Part shown: piece by piece, positions 32,742-42,666 of the stretch
How the letters are laid out: every line of letters begins with the position of its first letter
Numbering within the stretch: the stretch's first letter is position 1
Virus record (IMG/VR): IMGVR_UViG_3300028805_000037
Location: 96,001 to 160,000 of that record
Length of the DNA: 64,000 nucleotides
Direction: 5' to 3' (one strand)
DNA from: a virus
Taxonomy: Duplodnaviria; Caudoviricetes
Notes under the pieces: model-generated
The model's input: the letters and a program-made list of their open reading frames with translations, nothing else
The model's database searches: none
What the model was told of the DNA's origin: nothing
Made by a program: the position numbers and the translations under genes

Positions 32742-32770
32742 ATTATATATAATTTAAAAAAATTTGTCAA
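32742..32770 (-). promoter_or_regulatory. Sigma70-type promoter for groES-groEL
   Basis: Perfect TTGACA-17-TATAAT. Confidence 0.8.
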
Positions 32771-35229
32771 GCATTTTCTTGTTCAAATTCTGCAAAAATA
32801 TCTTCATTTAAAATCTTATCCGCATCTTCATCAAACTCTACTTTATCTAAATGTCCCCAAGCTTCACCAATTTCAATATCACATCTAATAATTCCATGAT
32901 AATTTGGAACAGGTTGTGTTACAATTTTCATCATTTCTTCTGATACTTGTTTTGCAATTGCTTTATCACATTGAACTATTATTGAATCATGGACAGTTAA
33001 TATTATTTGTGCTCCTACTGAATCTAAATATGGTTTTAAATTAATCATATTTCTTGCTGTGATATCTGCTACAGTAGATTGCATAGGAAAATTAGAAGAA
33101 ACTCTATTTGCATAGTTTCTTATACTTTGTAAAGGATGATTAAATAAATGAGTTAATCTTCTCTTTCTCCCAAATACAGTTTGTAAATAACCATTCGCTC
33201 TTGCTACTACAGGAATATTTTTTAACCAAGCAGCAGCTTTTGGATACATTCCAAAAAATGTAGTCTGAATTCTTTGTGCTTCTGTTTCTGAACATCCTAC
33301 CAATTTAGCTGCACCTTCTATAGATATACCATACATTAATCCAAACACAACTCTTTTTGCAAATGTACGAAGTTCTTTTGTTACATCTTCCGGTTTCATA
33401 TTCCACACTTTAGACGCAACTGTTCTATGTATATCTAATCCATTCTTAATATCATTTAACATCTTTGCATCTTGTGCATAAGAAGCCCACGCATTAAACT
33501 CTCCTTGAGATAAGTCACATTGTATCATAACTTTCCCAGGCTCTGGTATATAAAGATTTTTAATATTTTTTTCTCTAGGGATATTTTGAAGGTTAGGATT
33601 TGTTGATGACAATCTTCCAGAGTCTGTACCATGCAAAAGATAATTTGTATGAACTTTATTGTTATCATCTAATAATGCTTTCATACCTGTTATAAAAGTT
33701 GATGTTTCTGTTCTTATTTTTTTATAATCCAATATATCTTGTAATACAGAATGTTTTTTTGCATACTTAGATATAGTAGCTTTATCTGTAGCAGGGTTTC
33801 CAGATTCTGTTATTCTTAACACCTTACATCCTAATTTTGTAAACATTAAATCTGCTAACTGTTGTGTAGAATTTACATTAAATTCTAAATCACCTACTTT
33901 ACCTCTTATAACAGCTAACTTATCTTCTAATGCTTTTTTATTATTTCTTTCTATTTCTGCTAAATGATTTATATCAACTTGCACACCATCATATTCAACA
34001 TCTATTAATACTTTCTGTAATGGCATTGTTAATTTATTAAATACATCTAACAAGCCTTCTCTTTCAAGTTGAATATCAAACTTACTGTATAGTCTATATG
34101 TTGCTAATGTATCTAAGCAACAATATGTGCCAAGAACTTCTATCGGAGCTTTATACATATCATCTTTAGTTATTTTATTTTCTCTTAACCAATTATATAA
34201 TACAGACTCATAACCACCCATATCTGTAAATAAAACTGATAAAAGTTTTAATGTTCGCATACCATTTAAATTCTCATTAAGTAAATGAGAAGCTAACATA
34301 ACATCAAAACTTGCATTATTTATACGTCTAACATTTAAATAATGTCTTATAAATTTAAAATCAAATTGACCATTATATGCAATTTTAAGTGTCTCATTTG
34401 AGACAAACTTTTTTAAATCTTCCTTAATTAAATTTTCAGTTTGCTCATCCCAAAAAGAAACTATTTTATTATCTTCATATTTATGAATTGGAATATAATA
34501 AGAGTTCTCTTTATCAAGAGCAAAACCTATACCTATAATCTTATCTTTTAAAAAGTTTAACCCACTTGTTTCAATATCTATAACTGTTTTAGCTGATACT
34601 AAAAGCTTTGATAAAGCTTCAGTCAATAAACGCTTATCAGTAACAATAGTACAATTTGTTTGTTGCATTGGTGGTTTTATACCATCAATAAAATTTTTAA
34701 TAAACTCAAATGATTTATCTCCATAGCAACGGTATTGTGTTTTCAAATATAATTTATATATATCTAACATACAAAACGTGTCAATATTATATAAAGGACT
34801 CTTTATAATAGCTCCATATACATCAAATAACTTTGCTTTAATATCTCCAAGAAAATATTTTGTAGGTCTATCACCTACACAAACAACCAACTTTGGCTTA
34901 ACTTCTTCTAAAACTTTATTTAGATGATGTCTACAATTTTCATAATATTTCTTCTTTACAGGATTGTTTGTCAATTTAAAAGCTTGATCTTTTTTTGGCG
35001 TACCAGAAAAACAATGTGTCATATATGTTATAGCAATATCATCAAAAGATATTTTATACTTATTTAAATATTGTTTAAATAACTCCATTACAGGTCCAGC
35101 TGTAATACGATTCTCTAAGTCAGCTTGGTAGGTAGGAGTTTCAAATAAAAATAATACTTTAGCATTACTTCCGATATAGCTACCTACATTATTTTTACAA
35201 TCAAAATTACAAATGTTACATTGTTTCAT
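32767..35229 (-). CDS. polA: Family A DNA polymerase with 3'-5' exonuclease and N-terminal UDG family-4-like domain
   Basis: DIETSG (Exo I), GRLSSTNPNLQNIP, DLSQGE, KRVVFGLMYG, TVHDS; N-terminal CxxC..AKVLFLFETP..KPKLVVCVG. Confidence 0.92.
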   Translation of the reverse strand: MKQCNICNFDCKNNVGSYIGSNAKVLFLFETPTYQADLENRITAGPVMELFKQYLNKYKISFDDIAITYMTHCFSGTPKKDQAFKLTNNPVKKKYYENCRHHLNKVLEEVKPKLVVCVGDRPTKYFLGDIKAKLFDVYGAIIKSPLYNIDTFCMLDIYKLYLKTQYRCYGDKSFEFIKNFIDGIKPPMQQTNCTIVTDKRLLTEALSKLLVSAKTVIDIETSGLNFLKDKIIGIGFALDKENSYYIPIHKYEDNKIVSFWDEQTENLIKEDLKKFVSNETLKIAYNGQFDFKFIRHYLNVRRINNASFDVMLASHLLNENLNGMRTLKLLSVLFTDMGGYESVLYNWLRENKITKDDMYKAPIEVLGTYCCLDTLATYRLYSKFDIQLEREGLLDVFNKLTMPLQKVLIDVEYDGVQVDINHLAEIERNNKKALEDKLAVIRGKVGDLEFNVNSTQQLADLMFTKLGCKVLRITESGNPATDKATISKYAKKHSVLQDILDYKKIRTETSTFITGMKALLDDNNKVHTNYLLHGTDSGRLSSTNPNLQNIPREKNIKNLYIPEPGKVMIQCDLSQGEFNAWASYAQDAKMLNDIKNGLDIHRTVASKVWNMKPEDVTKELRTFAKRVVFGLMYGISIEGAAKLVGCSETEAQRIQTTFFGMYPKAAAWLKNIPVVARANGYLQTVFGRKRRLTHLFNHPLQSIRNYANRVSSNFPMQSTVADITARNMINLKPYLDSVGAQIILTVHDSIIVQCDKAIAKQVSEEMMKIVTQPVPNYHGIIRCDIEIGEAWGHLDKVEFDEDADKILNEDIFAEFEQENA

Positions 35230-35603
35230 TATTTCTTATTTCTCCTTTTCTTTGTTACTTTAAATGCTTCTTTTATTACTTTAGGTTGTCTTTTTCTATG
35301 TTCTTTACTTATTCCTCTATTTAAAAACGACTCTGATGGTACATCTGTAAATACATCTGTCTTCACTACTTTCTTTTCTTGCGCTACACCTAAAATCTTC
35401 TTACGTAAATATGTTTGAATTTTGGAGCAAGCTTCTTTTTTAACAAAGGTGAAATAATACTCCTTTCCTAATAGTTTACGATTTTTGTAATAAGTTGTCA
35501 ACTCCTGAAAACGCTTATCTTCGTCTAAGGTTTTCATATCATAATCTTCATTTACATAAACTACATAACCACGATTTAATTTCCTTACATCAATAATACG
35601 CAT
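35229..35603 (-). CDS. Basic hypothetical protein
   Basis: ORF with overlapping stop/start junctions on both sides. Confidence 0.65.
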   Translation of the reverse strand: MRIIDVRKLNRGYVVYVNEDYDMKTLDEDKRFQELTTYYKNRKLLGKEYYFTFVKKEACSKIQTYLRKKILGVAQEKKVVKTDVFTDVPSESFLNRGISKEHRKRQPKVIKEAFKVTKKRRNKK

Positions 35604-36349
35604 TATATACCTCCAACTTTAGATTCATTACCTTGTTTATAAATTGTTATTAAATTTGGCGCTTTCTCTTTTATACTATTATTATGTGTAATTAATATTA
35701 TTTGTCTATTATTCTTTTCACTAAATTGTCTTAAAAACTCACCAAACGCACTTTGATACTCTGCAGATATATTTGCTCCAACCTCATCTAATATAACTGG
35801 TCCTTGTATCTTTGGCTTACAAAACTCTAAAAATATTAAACGTAAACAAACAGATAAAACGTTTTTAACTCCACCAGCTTCAGATTGTAATATATCAGAC
35901 TCACCAGCATCTGATACTGTATAAAAATATGTATCTACACCCTTCTTTGTTTCTTCCATATGAATCTTAAACTTTATATTTGTATCTTGTAATATATCTT
36001 GCAAAGCAACTGTACACAAATTTTCTATTTTAGATAGCTGTGTTTGTGATATTTTAGATAAAGCTTTTATCAAAATTTTTTCATTATCTAAATCATATTT
36101 AACAGATACTAACTCTTTCTGTTTTGCTTCTAGTTCTTGCAATTGTGTATTATATATATTAAACTCTCCTTCACGTTTAGCTATATCTAAAAGAATATCT
36201 TCTATATATTTTTTTAATTTATAAACTTTATCTAAAACCTTTTTATCTACACAAAAAGGTTCTTTAGGTGTTACATAAGGTTGCTTAACTTCAAAATATT
36301 CTTCAAGAGCCTTTTTTGTTCTAGGCATTTTTGGCACTTTATTTGGCAC
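35603..36349 (-). CDS. sbcC: SbcC/Rad50 C-terminal half (signature, Walker B, H-loop)
   Basis: SEAGGVK, PVILDEVGANIS, QIILITHN. Confidence 0.8.
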   Translation of the reverse strand: MPNKVPKMPRTKKALEEYFEVKQPYVTPKEPFCVDKKVLDKVYKLKKYIEDILLDIAKREGEFNIYNTQLQELEAKQKELVSVKYDLDNEKILIKALSKISQTQLSKIENLCTVALQDILQDTNIKFKIHMEETKKGVDTYFYTVSDAGESDILQSEAGGVKNVLSVCLRLIFLEFCKPKIQGPVILDEVGANISAEYQSAFGEFLRQFSEKNNRQIILITHNNSIKEKAPNLITIYKQGNESKVGGI

Positions 36350-36392
36350 TTTACACCTCTACATAATATATAAAATATACTATTTTAAATAA

Positions 36393-36421
36393 ATTATATA
36401 TAAATAATCTCATTTTGTCAA
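36393..36421 (-). promoter_or_regulatory. Sigma70-type promoter driving the sbcC C-half and polA
   Basis: Perfect TTGACA-17-TATAAT, back-to-back with motif copy 6. Confidence 0.8.
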
Positions 36422-36427
36422 TAATAA

Positions 36428-36448
36428 CCTTGACAAAAGTATCATAAT
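36428..36448 (+). promoter_or_regulatory. Phage-specific motif copy 6 (CCTTGACA-AAAG-TATCATAAT) upstream of tnpB
   Basis: Matches consensus. Confidence 0.75.
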
Positions 36449-36500
36449 TCACATTACAATGTAATAGAATTTTATGCTAAATTTTTAATTTGTATAAAAA

Positions 36501-37658
36501 ATGATACAACATTATACTTATAATTATCGTTTATATCCAACTAAAAAACAAAGTATTTTATTAGATAAACACTTTGGATGCACTCGCTTTATCTTTAACT
36601 ATTATTTAAATAAAGAACAAAATTATTATTTAAATAATAAAGAAAATATTGAAGCTAAAAGGGTTAAAGGATTTCTTAATTATTACGATAATGCTAAAGA
36701 TTTAACTAACCTTAAACAAACAACACTTTGGTTAAAAGAAGTTAATTCTCAAACTTTACAATCCACTTTAAAGAACTTAGAAAGTGCATATAGAGGTTTC
36801 TTCCAGAAACGTTCTAAGTTTCCAAGATTTAAGTCTAAAAAGTCTAGACAATCCTTTTGTGTACCACAGCACTTATCTATCAAAAATAATAGATTGTATA
36901 TTCCAAAGTTTAAAGAAGGTATAAAGATAAACCTTCACAGAGACTTAGTTGGAGATTTTGTAACAGCTTCAATAGTTAAAACAAAAACCAATAAATACTT
37001 TGTTAATATAACTGTTGAACTTGATATTAAAGAACTTCCTAAATTAAATACTGATTTAGGTATTGATTTAGGTATTAAAAATTTTGTTATAACTTCAAAT
37101 GGCGAGGTATTTGATAACAAACATTTCTTAAAGAAAGTGGAATCTAAATTAAAATTCTTACAAAGACAAGCTAGTAAGAAAGTTAAAGGTTCTAATAACA
37201 GAAAGAAAGTCAACTTAAAAGTAGCAGAGTTATTTGAATATATAATAAATTGTAAGAAAGACTATCTTCATAAAGTAAGCACTCAATTAATTCGTGAAAA
37301 CCAAACGATTTATATTGAAGACTTAAATATAAAAGGTATGCTTTCTAATCATCATTTAGCTAAAAGTATTCAAGAATTATCTTGGTACGAGTTTATAAGA
37401 ATGCTTGAATATAAAGCTAAATGGTATGGTCGATCTATAATTAAGATTGATCGATTCTATCCATCTTCAAAGACCTGTAATAACTGTGGCTACATTAAAC
37501 AAGATTTAACATTGAAAGATCGAAATTGGATATGTCCTAAATGTCACACAGAAGTTGATCGAGATTATAATGCAGCACTTAATATTCTTAAACAAGGCAG
37601 GAACTGTCTTGTAAAGCCTATGGAGCTGTCTAGTAATAACATAGAAGCTGTGAAATAG
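36501..37658 (+). CDS. tnpB: IS200/IS605-family TnpB RNA-guided nuclease (no tnpA in window)
   Basis: YRLYPT..FGCTRFIFN, RuvC GIDLG / IEDL / DRDYNAALNI, Zn ribbon CNNC..CPKC. Confidence 0.95.
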   Translation: MIQHYTYNYRLYPTKKQSILLDKHFGCTRFIFNYYLNKEQNYYLNNKENIEAKRVKGFLNYYDNAKDLTNLKQTTLWLKEVNSQTLQSTLKNLESAYRGFFQKRSKFPRFKSKKSRQSFCVPQHLSIKNNRLYIPKFKEGIKINLHRDLVGDFVTASIVKTKTNKYFVNITVELDIKELPKLNTDLGIDLGIKNFVITSNGEVFDNKHFLKKVESKLKFLQRQASKKVKGSNNRKKVNLKVAELFEYIINCKKDYLHKVSTQLIRENQTIYIEDLNIKGMLSNHHLAKSIQELSWYEFIRMLEYKAKWYGRSIIKIDRFYPSSKTCNNCGYIKQDLTLKDRNWICPKCHTEVDRDYNAALNILKQGRNCLVKPMELSSNNIEAVK

Positions 37659-37700
37659 GAAACTCTTTTAGAGTAATTCATTTTGCATTTGTTTGTGCCT
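37590..37700 (+). ncRNA. Putative TnpB omega-RNA 3' scaffold plus guide (guide approx. TTTTGCATTTGTTTGTGCCT from 37681)
   Basis: Overlaps the tnpB 3' end; AAGGCAG-GAA-CTGTCTT hairpin; right-end-like GAAACTC-TTTA-GAGTAATTCA. Boundaries inferred from family biology. Confidence 0.55.
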
Positions 37701-38106
37701 CGTTTATAATATCTTCTAACCATTTACGTCTAGCATCGTCATGCATATCTTTTGTTTCTTCTAATAACATTTCCTCAAACCTTGCTAAATTAGATAAAGC
37801 TGTTCGCATTGCAGTATCTAAACGTTTTTTATATTCAACTATATTTTCTGGTGTAGCTTCTATATTTAAAGTCTTTTCACACTCATGTATTTCAGATTCA
37901 AGTTGCTGTAATTGAGCTTTCGTTGCATAACTTTCAGAAGTTAACTTAGTTATACGCTCAACAATTTGTTCATGTGTCATATTCTTTATTTCATCTAATC
38001 TGGCATCAACTTGTTTATCTATTTGTAATTGTTTCTGTTTTTCTTCAAACTTATCTACAGTTGCTCCAAATTCACGACCTTCTCTAGTAGATGCACTATG
38101 TGCCAT
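37678..38106 (-). CDS. Coiled-coil protein (possible SbcC arm segment or accessory)
   Basis: Heptad-rich; lies between sbcD and the sbcC C-half. Confidence 0.55.
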   Translation of the reverse strand: MAHSASTREGREFGATVDKFEEKQKQLQIDKQVDARLDEIKNMTHEQIVERITKLTSESYATKAQLQQLESEIHECEKTLNIEATPENIVEYKKRLDTAMRTALSNLARFEEMLLEETKDMHDDARRKWLEDIINEAQTNAK

Positions 38107-38119
38107 AACTTATCTCCCT

Positions 38120-39040
38120 CTATTTAGTTAATTTCTTTGTTACATTCTCTAAACGTAATTTAACCATTTCAGCATACTTTGGGTCTACATTTAATTGTTT
38201 TATTATATGATCTAATATTCCATATATATCATTAAAAACTAAATCTGTATCTTTTAAAACGTCATTAAACGAAATATTTAATTCTTTAGTTTCTGCAACA
38301 GTATTTTTATTAATAAATATATTTTCTAATATAGGAATAAAAATATCTCTATAATCTAATTTTGTTCCGACTTTATTAAATACAGCTACATGTGGTTTAA
38401 TATCTTTTTCTACAATAGATGTTCTTATTAAAGGTCCTGTATTTACAAATAAATTATTATTTTCCATAATATAAAACGGTTTATGTATATGTCCACACAA
38501 AAATATTTTACCATTAAATAATTGCGCTAAATCTTTTATGAGTATATGTTCATAAGGTAAACTTATATCTGAAACTGAATTATGAGTTACTATTATATCG
38601 CAATCTTTAAATATTAAATAATCATCTACTTTATTAGATAACTGACAAGGCATAACTCCTATAAGTAAATCTGAAGGAAATTTATAAATTGCTTTATCAT
38701 ATAAAACATTTATACAACCAGAAGCTTCTAACGTTCCAATAAATGATTGTTTATAAGAATCTAAATTATATCCATAAATATCATGTGAACCCGGAACATA
38801 AAAGAAAGGTGATTTTAGTTTCTTTAGTATAGATATTACACTATTAAGTATTGATGGATCTGATGACCTCGGTGAATCAAATAAATCTCCACCCATAATT
38901 ATAAAGTCAGGTAACTCTTGATTACATATATCAACTAAAGAACTCAACTTGTTCAGTTGAGTTTTTATAATATCATCAACTCTACAACTAGGTTGATGAA
39001 AACATATATGCCAATCCGTTGTAAATATAAATTTACTCAT
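38120..39040 (-). CDS. sbcD: SbcD/Mre11-like nuclease
   Basis: TDWH, GGDLFD, PGSHD, THN, GHIH, NTG metallophosphoesterase motifs; adjacent to SbcC. Confidence 0.88.
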   Translation of the reverse strand: MSKFIFTTDWHICFHQPSCRVDDIIKTQLNKLSSLVDICNQELPDFIIMGGDLFDSPRSSDPSILNSVISILKKLKSPFFYVPGSHDIYGYNLDSYKQSFIGTLEASGCINVLYDKAIYKFPSDLLIGVMPCQLSNKVDDYLIFKDCDIIVTHNSVSDISLPYEHILIKDLAQLFNGKIFLCGHIHKPFYIMENNNLFVNTGPLIRTSIVEKDIKPHVAVFNKVGTKLDYRDIFIPILENIFINKNTVAETKELNISFNDVLKDTDLVFNDIYGILDHIIKQLNVDPKYAEMVKLRLENVTKKLTK

Positions 39041-40100
39041 TCTTACTCCATAAAGGTCGTTTACATGTTGGACATACTTTAGTTACTTGTTTGCCTAACT
39101 CAATAAAATCTTCTTGTTCTTTAAGTTCGAATTCTTTATTTTTAAAATCTTGTTTCAAAATTTCTAATCTATTTATTATATCATAATTTTCATAACATTT
39201 CAATAAAATATTATATGTATTTAATACATTATCTTGACAACTAATTAATCTTTTTAAATGTTCTCGTTTTGCATATAATAATAAAATATTATTTATACGA
39301 TTATAGTCTACAACTATCCCTTTTAAAGCAATTGTTTTTTTAATTAGTTTCTCACGCTTTTCATAAAATAATTTTAATTTTAAATATGAAGCCATCTTAG
39401 TAGCTAAATTAAATAAGTTCACATATTTAAGATTTATTGTTTCAAGAACTTTTAATAAATCATTTAAGTTATTTTGCAATTGTAATATAAAATTTTTATG
39501 TGATTCTAAATTATCATATTTCTTTAAAACTTCTTTTAATTCTACAATTGATTTTTCTATATTATCTAATGACTGTTTATTATCTTGAATTTCTTTTGTT
39601 AATTCACGGTTTACTGCATCTACTATATGTAATTGTGTTAACCTATTTATAAATTTTGTTTTCATCGGAGCAGACTTAGTTAATAAAAAATGTGGATCAT
39701 CTTGCATATGTATATTTATATTTTCTGAATAATCAGAGTCTATTACTAAAGGGAATACTCCTAATATTTGTTTGACCTCTACAGGAGCCTGAATACCAAA
39801 ATTATTGAATTCTTTGGATGTTCCATCAGGTTTTATAATAGTTATTTTATTTAATCCATTTCCTTTTTCTCTTATAACTTTAATTCCATTATCTAAAGTT
39901 ATTGATACTTTAACAGACTTTTCACCAGTTCTAATAAATGAATCTGACCATACATCATTAAACATAAAATTTAATGCACGTAAAACAGAACTTTTACCAG
40001 ATCTTGTTCTACCTGCAATACATACAAATCCACCATCTAAATTTATGATGGTGGATTTATGTGATTGAAAATTCTCTAATTCTATCTTAGTTAGATACAT
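39033..40100 (-). CDS. sbcC: SbcC/Rad50 N-terminal half (Walker A, coiled coil, C-terminal CPTC Zn hook)
   Basis: IELENFQSH, GRTRSGKSS, ends VCPTCKRP. Confidence 0.85.
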   Translation of the reverse strand: MYLTKIELENFQSHKSTIINLDGGFVCIAGRTRSGKSSVLRALNFMFNDVWSDSFIRTGEKSVKVSITLDNGIKVIREKGNGLNKITIIKPDGTSKEFNNFGIQAPVEVKQILGVFPLVIDSDYSENINIHMQDDPHFLLTKSAPMKTKFINRLTQLHIVDAVNRELTKEIQDNKQSLDNIEKSIVELKEVLKKYDNLESHKNFILQLQNNLNDLLKVLETINLKYVNLFNLATKMASYLKLKLFYEKREKLIKKTIALKGIVVDYNRINNILLLYAKREHLKRLISCQDNVLNTYNILLKCYENYDIINRLEILKQDFKNKEFELKEQEDFIELGKQVTKVCPTCKRPLWSKNE

Positions 40101-41121
40101 TTAAAGCACCTAACAATTCTTTTTGTAAATTTTCATCTTCTTTAATTGCTTTGGTAATCTCTAATTTACCTTTATACTTTTGCCCATTATACTCATAAAT
40201 AACATTATTTGGATGTTGTATAATATTTGCTTTAAGACATTCAGTTAAAAGTTCACTAGCAGTATCTACACCAACAGATAAATTTTCTGGACCTATATCA
40301 AAATAAACATCAAACTCACATGACATTTTAGGTCTATACAACTTATTCTTTTCTGTAGTAACTTTAACTCTTTGTCCTGCTAAACCTTCATCTTTATTTT
40401 TTGGATCTTTATAATAAGTAAATTCTGCACCTGTACGTTTATAAACATAAACTTTTATTGCATCATAAAATGTTAATGCTTTACCACCAGTAGACTGATT
40501 TGGGTTACCAAACATAACACCTGGATTAGACCTTACTTGATTAATCCATATTAATGCTGTTTTATTTTTAGCTCCTAAAGCTGCATTTACTTTTCTTAAA
40601 CCTAAAGAAAGCATCCTTGCTTGCTCAGCAATTGCACTACCTTCTTCAAGTCCTTTATCTATCTGAGATTGTGGTGTTAATGCAGATATAGAATCTACTA
40701 CAACTAAGTCTACTTCTGCTTCTATAAACTTAATCACATCTTCTAAGAAAGACTCTCCAGATCTTGGAGAACCATCGACAGTTCCACTTACTAAAAGTTG
40801 ATTTGGATCAATTCCTAAATTTAAAGCCCAATCCCTTGTAAATGAATTCTCTGCGTCTATTAAAGCTGCTACACCACCATTCTTCTGAACTTCTTTAATT
40901 GCAAGATAAGCCATTAAAGATTTTCCAGAAGATGGATCTCCATATAGTTCTGTCATTCTTCCCATAGGATAACCACCACCAAGTATACGGTCAAGACCAA
41001 TTGACCCAGAAGGTAACCTAGGAACTTCTGGTTGATTATCTCCAACAATTAGTGTATTCATACCTTGCTTTTTTAAACTATCTAAAATACTTTTCAAGTC
41101 TTTAGCCATTTTTAACCTCAT
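40087..41121 (-). CDS. recA: RecA/UvsX recombinase
   Basis: SGSIGLDRILGGGYPMGR, GDPSSGKS, VVVDSISAL, INQVR, GGKALTFY. Confidence 0.95.
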   Translation of the reverse strand: MRLKMAKDLKSILDSLKKQGMNTLIVGDNQPEVPRLPSGSIGLDRILGGGYPMGRMTELYGDPSSGKSLMAYLAIKEVQKNGGVAALIDAENSFTRDWALNLGIDPNQLLVSGTVDGSPRSGESFLEDVIKFIEAEVDLVVVDSISALTPQSQIDKGLEEGSAIAEQARMLSLGLRKVNAALGAKNKTALIWINQVRSNPGVMFGNPNQSTGGKALTFYDAIKVYVYKRTGAEFTYYKDPKNKDEGLAGQRVKVTTEKNKLYRPKMSCEFDVYFDIGPENLSVGVDTASELLTECLKANIIQHPNNVIYEYNGQKYKGKLEITKAIKEDENLQKELLGALNVSN

Positions 41122-41125
41122 AAAA

Positions 41126-41154
41126 TTCCCTTACCATATAATATAGTAAGGGAA
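41126..41154 (-). terminator. Intra-operon hairpin/terminator between the SSB-like gene and recA
   Basis: TTCCCTTAC..GTAAGGGAA stem followed by TTTT on the minus strand. Confidence 0.55.
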
Positions 41155-41169
41155 GTATTTACTTTATAA

Positions 41170-41862
41170 TTATAGCTTACTACCAAAATCTACTTTTTTA
41201 ACCGGAGGCATAGTTCCAAAATTTTGATTTGTTGGATTAGTTACTCTCTGTCCCATATTAGGAGCAGGATTTATACTAGGTCCAGCATATGGTTGTTGTT
41301 GGAACTGTTGATACATACCATTTGGTTGATTATTAATTGGTTTAATTGATTGATAATTAACTTTCAATGGTGGTTGCTGTTGCTGAAACTGTTGCGATTG
41401 CTGTTGAGGTTCTGGCATAATCATATGTTCTTGTGGAAACATTAACGGTTCTGCACCTCGTGCATTAGGTGAATAAGGTAAATATTTATCAACCTTCAAA
41501 TATATATTACCTTTCTGACTTCTTTTTTTAGAAACCATCAAAAGAATTTTTGTTCCACCTTTTATCATATCAGTATTAAATGTTGCTAAATCAAAATTAT
41601 TTGTAGTATCAATACCTAACGATACAAGTAAACCATCTAATTTATTACCAGGTGCCCATGATGTAGAAGTAAATAAACTTACAAAAATCTTAATTTTATT
41701 TACTTCATCTAATGTGAACAACCATTTAATCTGTGGTCCATACTGTCCTTGTTCTTCACTACATTTTACAAATGATGCAGGATAAATTCCATCCTCTACA
41801 TAATTTAAATCTGGTCTTGGTTCGTTACTGTAATCTTTTGCTTCTTGCCTTGTTAAAATCAT
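41170..41862 (-). CDS. Putative single-stranded DNA-binding protein with Q/P/N-rich tail
   Basis: OB-like N-terminal domain (DGIYPA..GQYGP..W.F), disordered tail, next to recA. Confidence 0.5.
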   Translation of the reverse strand: MILTRQEAKDYSNEPRPDLNYVEDGIYPASFVKCSEEQGQYGPQIKWLFTLDEVNKIKIFVSLFTSTSWAPGNKLDGLLVSLGIDTTNNFDLATFNTDMIKGGTKILLMVSKKRSQKGNIYLKVDKYLPYSPNARGAEPLMFPQEHMIMPEPQQQSQQFQQQQPPLKVNYQSIKPINNQPNGMYQQFQQQPYAGPSINPAPNMGQRVTNPTNQNFGTMPPVKKVDFGSKL

Positions 41863-41896
41863 TTTTTACTCTCCTATGTTCAATTTATTATATATT

Positions 41897-41922
41897 ATCT
41901 GTGAGGTCCTCACAGATTTTTT
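41897..41922. terminator. Intergenic hairpin
   Basis: ATCTGTGAG-GTC-CTCACAGAT; the T-run is on the plus strand. Confidence 0.5.
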
Positions 41923-42450
41923 CTAATTTATAGTCATGCGTTCACGCACATCTGGATGTACTACCATAGACATCTTTATTAAATCAATCTGCTTTTCAAG
42001 TAAATCTTGTTTATTTTCTAAATCTTTTGCAATAGTAGAAATAACTTGATTAAAAACATTTGCTTGAGATAAGTTATCTTCTGCTTTTTGTAAATCTGCA
42101 TATTGATTTTGCAACTTAACAGCAGCAGCTGCTTCCCTTTTTTCTTTAGATGTTTGTGCTAAAACATCTGGATCAGAACTCATTGCAATCGCAAACTCTG
42201 TTCCATAACTAGATTTAGCATTATTTGCTAATCTTTGTGCATTAGATTTATTTTTTAATGCATGCAATAGTATATCTGTCATCCTTTCTTTAGCAGCTTG
42301 TATTTTAGATAACTGTTTATTTATTCCAGGAAATCCTAACTCTGCTATAGGATCTTCTACTAACTGAACTGTATCACGTAAACTCTTTGCTTCATTAATA
42401 TAATTTTCACAATCTTGATATGATAATAATTCTATATTTTCTAATTGCAT
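41923..42450 (-). CDS. Helical protein (UvsY-like recombination mediator?)
   Basis: All-helical composition; located in the recombination cluster. Confidence 0.35.
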   Translation of the reverse strand: MQLENIELLSYQDCENYINEAKSLRDTVQLVEDPIAELGFPGINKQLSKIQAAKERMTDILLHALKNKSNAQRLANNAKSSYGTEFAIAMSSDPDVLAQTSKEKREAAAAVKLQNQYADLQKAEDNLSQANVFNQVISTIAKDLENKQDLLEKQIDLIKMSMVVHPDVRERMTIN

Positions 42451-42650
42451 TATCTTTTACCTCCGAATATATTAGCTATATCAGTATTTACCATACTTAC
42501 ACACTTCTGAAATAACTCTGCTGATTTCTGATTTAATTCTTCATCATTTGCAACTTCAAACGTTTCTGTAAGTGAAACAGAAAACTTATAAGAATTATAA
42601 TCTTGTGAGATTGTTTGGGAATAACCTTTTGTTACTGTTACTTGTTTCAT
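42450..42650 (-). CDS. Small hypothetical protein
   Basis: AGGAG RBS; follows a sigma70 promoter. Confidence 0.7.
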   Translation of the reverse strand: MKQVTVTKGYSQTISQDYNSYKFSVSLTETFEVANDEELNQKSAELFQKCVSMVNTDIANIFGGKR

Positions 42651-42666
42651 TTGTTTCTCCTGTTAC

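Noticed and set aside
36501-37658. Nuclease-dead TnpB (TldR-type repressor)
   Set aside because: All three RuvC acidic residues are present (IDLG, IEDL, DRD)
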